Source: Balamuthia mandrillaris
Taxonomy: Eukaryota
Direction: 5' to 3'
DNA length: 39,019 nucleotides
NCBI GenBank assembly: GCA_031835245.2
Contig: JAVKOQ020000116.1
Span: 124,001 to 163,019 of the forward strand
Position numbers and translations under genes: made by a program. Each line of letters begins with the position of its first letter. The first letter of the stretch is position 1. Shown here in pieces: positions 36,104 to 39,019 of this stretch. The notes under the pieces were generated by a model. That model did no database searches. It was given only the letters and a program-made list of their open reading frames with translations, and was not told where the DNA came from.

Positions 36104-36448
36104 TTCACGACTATGTACACTGCAACTTGTTCAACCGGCGTTGAAGGGCACGTTAGCACCGCAAATGGGGAGGGAGGGAGGGAGGGAGGGAGGGGGGCTG
36201 TGGGACAACAGGCTCAGACCTCCCACACACACCACTGCCTCTCTGCTTTTGCTTTTCTTTCTTCTTTGGTGTGTGCTCAATTTTGTCGACGACATGCATG
36301 GGGAGCCAGCCTGGCGAGGGCGCCCCTTCCCCCAACAGACCACAGCAACAGCAACGCTTGCCCAAAGCAAAGGAGCATCCCTCTGATCGGTGCCCCTCTT
36401 GTCCGGTGCTTGCACCACCATTCGTAACACTTGCCCTCCCTAGCCTAT

Positions 36449-38169
36449 ATGGCCGCCAGGAGGCGCTGTGAGTGGAGCCTCTGGGACAGCCGAGGGTGGC
36501 CTGCTGGGCCTTCTCTTGGATGCGCCACGTTGCTGCTGGTTCTGCTCGGGGCGTTTGTGGTGAGTGTGGTGGACGCGGGAGTGACCAGCAAAGCCGCCAT
36601 CACAACCGGAAAGATGGCCTCGCCTGGCGTTATTTCACTCACTTTCGACCCTTGTCCTGCCGTGGATACGCAGATGATAGTGGACGTTCTGAAGAACTAC
36701 AACGTCCCTGCCACGTTCTTCCTTCGCGGGGACATACTGCTGCAGGATCCTGAAGCCATGACCGCCACCGTTCATCAGATGCTAGAGGAAGGCCATTTTG
36801 TGGGTTCCATGAGCATGAGCGAGCGAGACCTTACCCAGGTCAACAACCGAGAGGCCCTATCCCTCATAGATGGGATGGAGGAACATATGAAGCAGCTGAT
36901 GGGAGCTCGCCCTCATCTATTCCTTCCTCCAGCAGCTGCCTTGAACGACCGCCTGCTGGATTACCTGGGGGCCAAGAAGTACAGCGTGGTACTCCCGGCG
37001 GTGGACCTGGGAGAAAAGCCCTTCTCCGTATCCACCTCTTTTTGGAAGCAAGCCACTAACAAGCTTTCCCCGCTGAACCAACCAGCAGCAGACAGAAGTG
37101 CTCGTGCAGTGCCAAGTGGTGTGGTCCGCATGCCCGTTAACCCGATCACATCCTCCATGCTCGGCCAACTGCTAGAGTACCTGATAACCGGCGGCTATAC
37201 ACTCGTACCCTTACCTGCCCTTATGGTTTCAGCGTGTGTATCTTATTGCTATTCTCTTTTATTCTTTTTTTGAGTCCGAACCTAACGACCTGTTGCAATG
37301 GTTGTTGATGATCAAACAGGGAGAAGAAGAGCTTACGGGAGAGCTATGGATGCGGCTTTCATAGCACCGATGCATTGGGTCACGGAGGCGTGGCATCGGC
37401 GCCGTTGCTAGACCGGATGTGTGAACAATTGCATCCCAACTACGAGTGGTCAGAGGAATGGAGGCCGCAGGAAGGCGCCTGGTTGAAAGAAAAGACCCTC
37501 CAAGAAGAAGAGGAGAGAGAACGGCACCTGCATGAGGACGATGTGGAAGCCCACGAGAGAGCCGAATTCCTCTACGAGCTCCTCAAGGAGCAGCTTCGCA
37601 ACGAGGTGGAGCTCAGGCAGCAGGCCCAGAAACAGGCCCTCGAGGAGGTGCAACAACTTGGGAAAGTGCTTTCCAAGTTCAGGACAGAAGTCAAGGAGCT
37701 GGGCAACAACTTGCAAGCATTGAAAGAAGAGCTGCAAGGAAGAGTGACGGTGGAGGGCCTCGATCGCGAGCTGAAGGAGGTCAAGGCTGGTGTGATGAGC
37801 CTGTTGAACTCAGTTTTGGATAAGCTGGAGGAAGTAACAAAGAGATCCACCTCTCCTTCTGTAGTGGAAGGCACTGGTACGCCGCTGCTACAACAGCAAC
37901 AGTTCGAGGCATGGGTAAGGGAGGAACAGAGACGGAAGGAGGAAGATGATAGAAAAGAGCAAGAGAGAATGGGCCAACTTAGGGAAGAGCAAGCCTTGTT
38001 GCGGACGCGCCTTGCCTCGGCGGAGGAGACCCTTCGGGGCTATGGGAAAGCAGCCACCTTTACCGTCGCTCTCGCTGTGTTGCTTTGCGTTGCCCTTCTC
38101 CTTCGTCGATGTTGCTGCTCTGGAGGTCTATTCTTTCGTCCCCACAAAAGCGAAAAACATTCTGTATAA
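36449..38169 (+). CDS. Type-I membrane protein with degenerate NodB/CE4 polysaccharide-deacetylase domain and coiled coil
   Basis: Signal peptide; ISLTFDPCP, LKNYNVPATFFLRG, EEGHFVGSMSMSERDL, LFLPP; intron ~37226-37319; coiled coil; C-terminal TM FTVALAVLLCVALLL followed by RRCCC. Confidence 0.85.
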
Positions 38170-38282
38170 ACGACAGGTGTGCCTCTCTCTTTTTACTCTG
38201 TCTGTTCTCCCTTTGCTCTTTGGTGGTGGAGTGAAGAAAGCGCTGTTTGGGTATTTTTTTTAAAAAAACAGTAGAGGCAAAG

Positions 38283-38724
38283 TCAAGAAGAATCGGAGGA
38301 ATTGGAGCGTAACTCCCTGTAAGAGCCAGGCGCAGGGATTGAGGGAGAGGCAGAGGCAGATGGGGAACCTGACCGCACCCGGAAGGAAGAGGGAGGAGAG
38401 GAAGTAGGAGAACTGGGAGATGAACTGAGGGAGGTGAGGGCATTGAAGGAAGGGCTTGATCTGCTTTTTAAAGAGGAACTCTTCTGCCGTGAGCTGCCCT
38501 TGCTCTTCCTGTACATACCCAATCCAAGAGAGTTGAAGGCCTTGGAATAGACGCCAGTAACACCTTTGGTACTGGGCTTGCTGAGAGTGGTCTCTTCCAC
38601 AAAAAACTCGTGCTCGTTGTCATACTGTACTTCTGCAAAGGAAGCCACCACCTCCAGTATCATGGCTGCAAGTGGCATAAAAATGATAAGATACAAGCAC
38701 AGAAAGGAAGGAGGGAGGGAGGGA

Positions 38725-38773
<49 letters not shown>

Positions 38774-39019
38774 CTCTAGTTCAGGGGGTGCATTGGAAGG
38801 TGCCAGAGCTCGGTAGTAGTGGAACGGTTTCTAGAAAGTAAAGGATAGAAAGGTAAATGAAAAGGTAAATGCTGTGCAACGAGAGCAACAAAGCTAACCT
38901 TTACATCCTTGCAAACCAAGGCCATGCCATAGCACGGTCTACGCTTTGTGCTGCTACTGTGTTGTCGGCGGCTGGAGCCCCCTTTGCGTGGAGTAGACGG
39001 AGTGCTGCTTGGAGGAGAA
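38283..39019 (-). CDS. 3' exons of a gene continuing beyond the window (Ser/Pro-rich C-terminus)
   Basis: 137-aa terminal ORF preceded by (CT)n-containing introns; product not recognised. Confidence 0.5.

Overview
Intron-rich eukaryotic DNA, probably from an amoebozoan protist (inferred from short introns, (AG)n intronic microsatellites and receptor tyrosine kinases). 1-9.7 kb is a receptor-kinase cluster. It contains a decayed kinase copy and a signal peptide/GATase-like/HYR/TM/tyrosine-kinase receptor gene split at the juxtamembrane region by a 3.7-kb Mutator (MULE-SWIM) transposon with 90-bp imperfect TIRs and a perfect 9-bp TSD. It also contains a divergent NIDO/Cys-rich ectodomain gene that breaks down at its TM segment. 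9.7-22.2 kb is a nested, CpG-depleted transposon block: several copies of an APE-RT LINE with (TAC)n tails that insert into themselves, an internally deleted chromodomain Ty3/gypsy element (two LTRs, AGCT TSD, no tRNA-type PBS), a gypsy RT scrap and a second MULE relic. 22.2-39 kb holds ordinary host genes: an unknown protein, a membrane-anchored purple acid phosphatase, a cathepsin-L homologue lacking the catalytic Cys, a PWWP protein, an ARM-like protein, a catalytically dead NodB/CE4 membrane protein and a partial gene. All domain calls come from motif recognition by eye, not from database searches.
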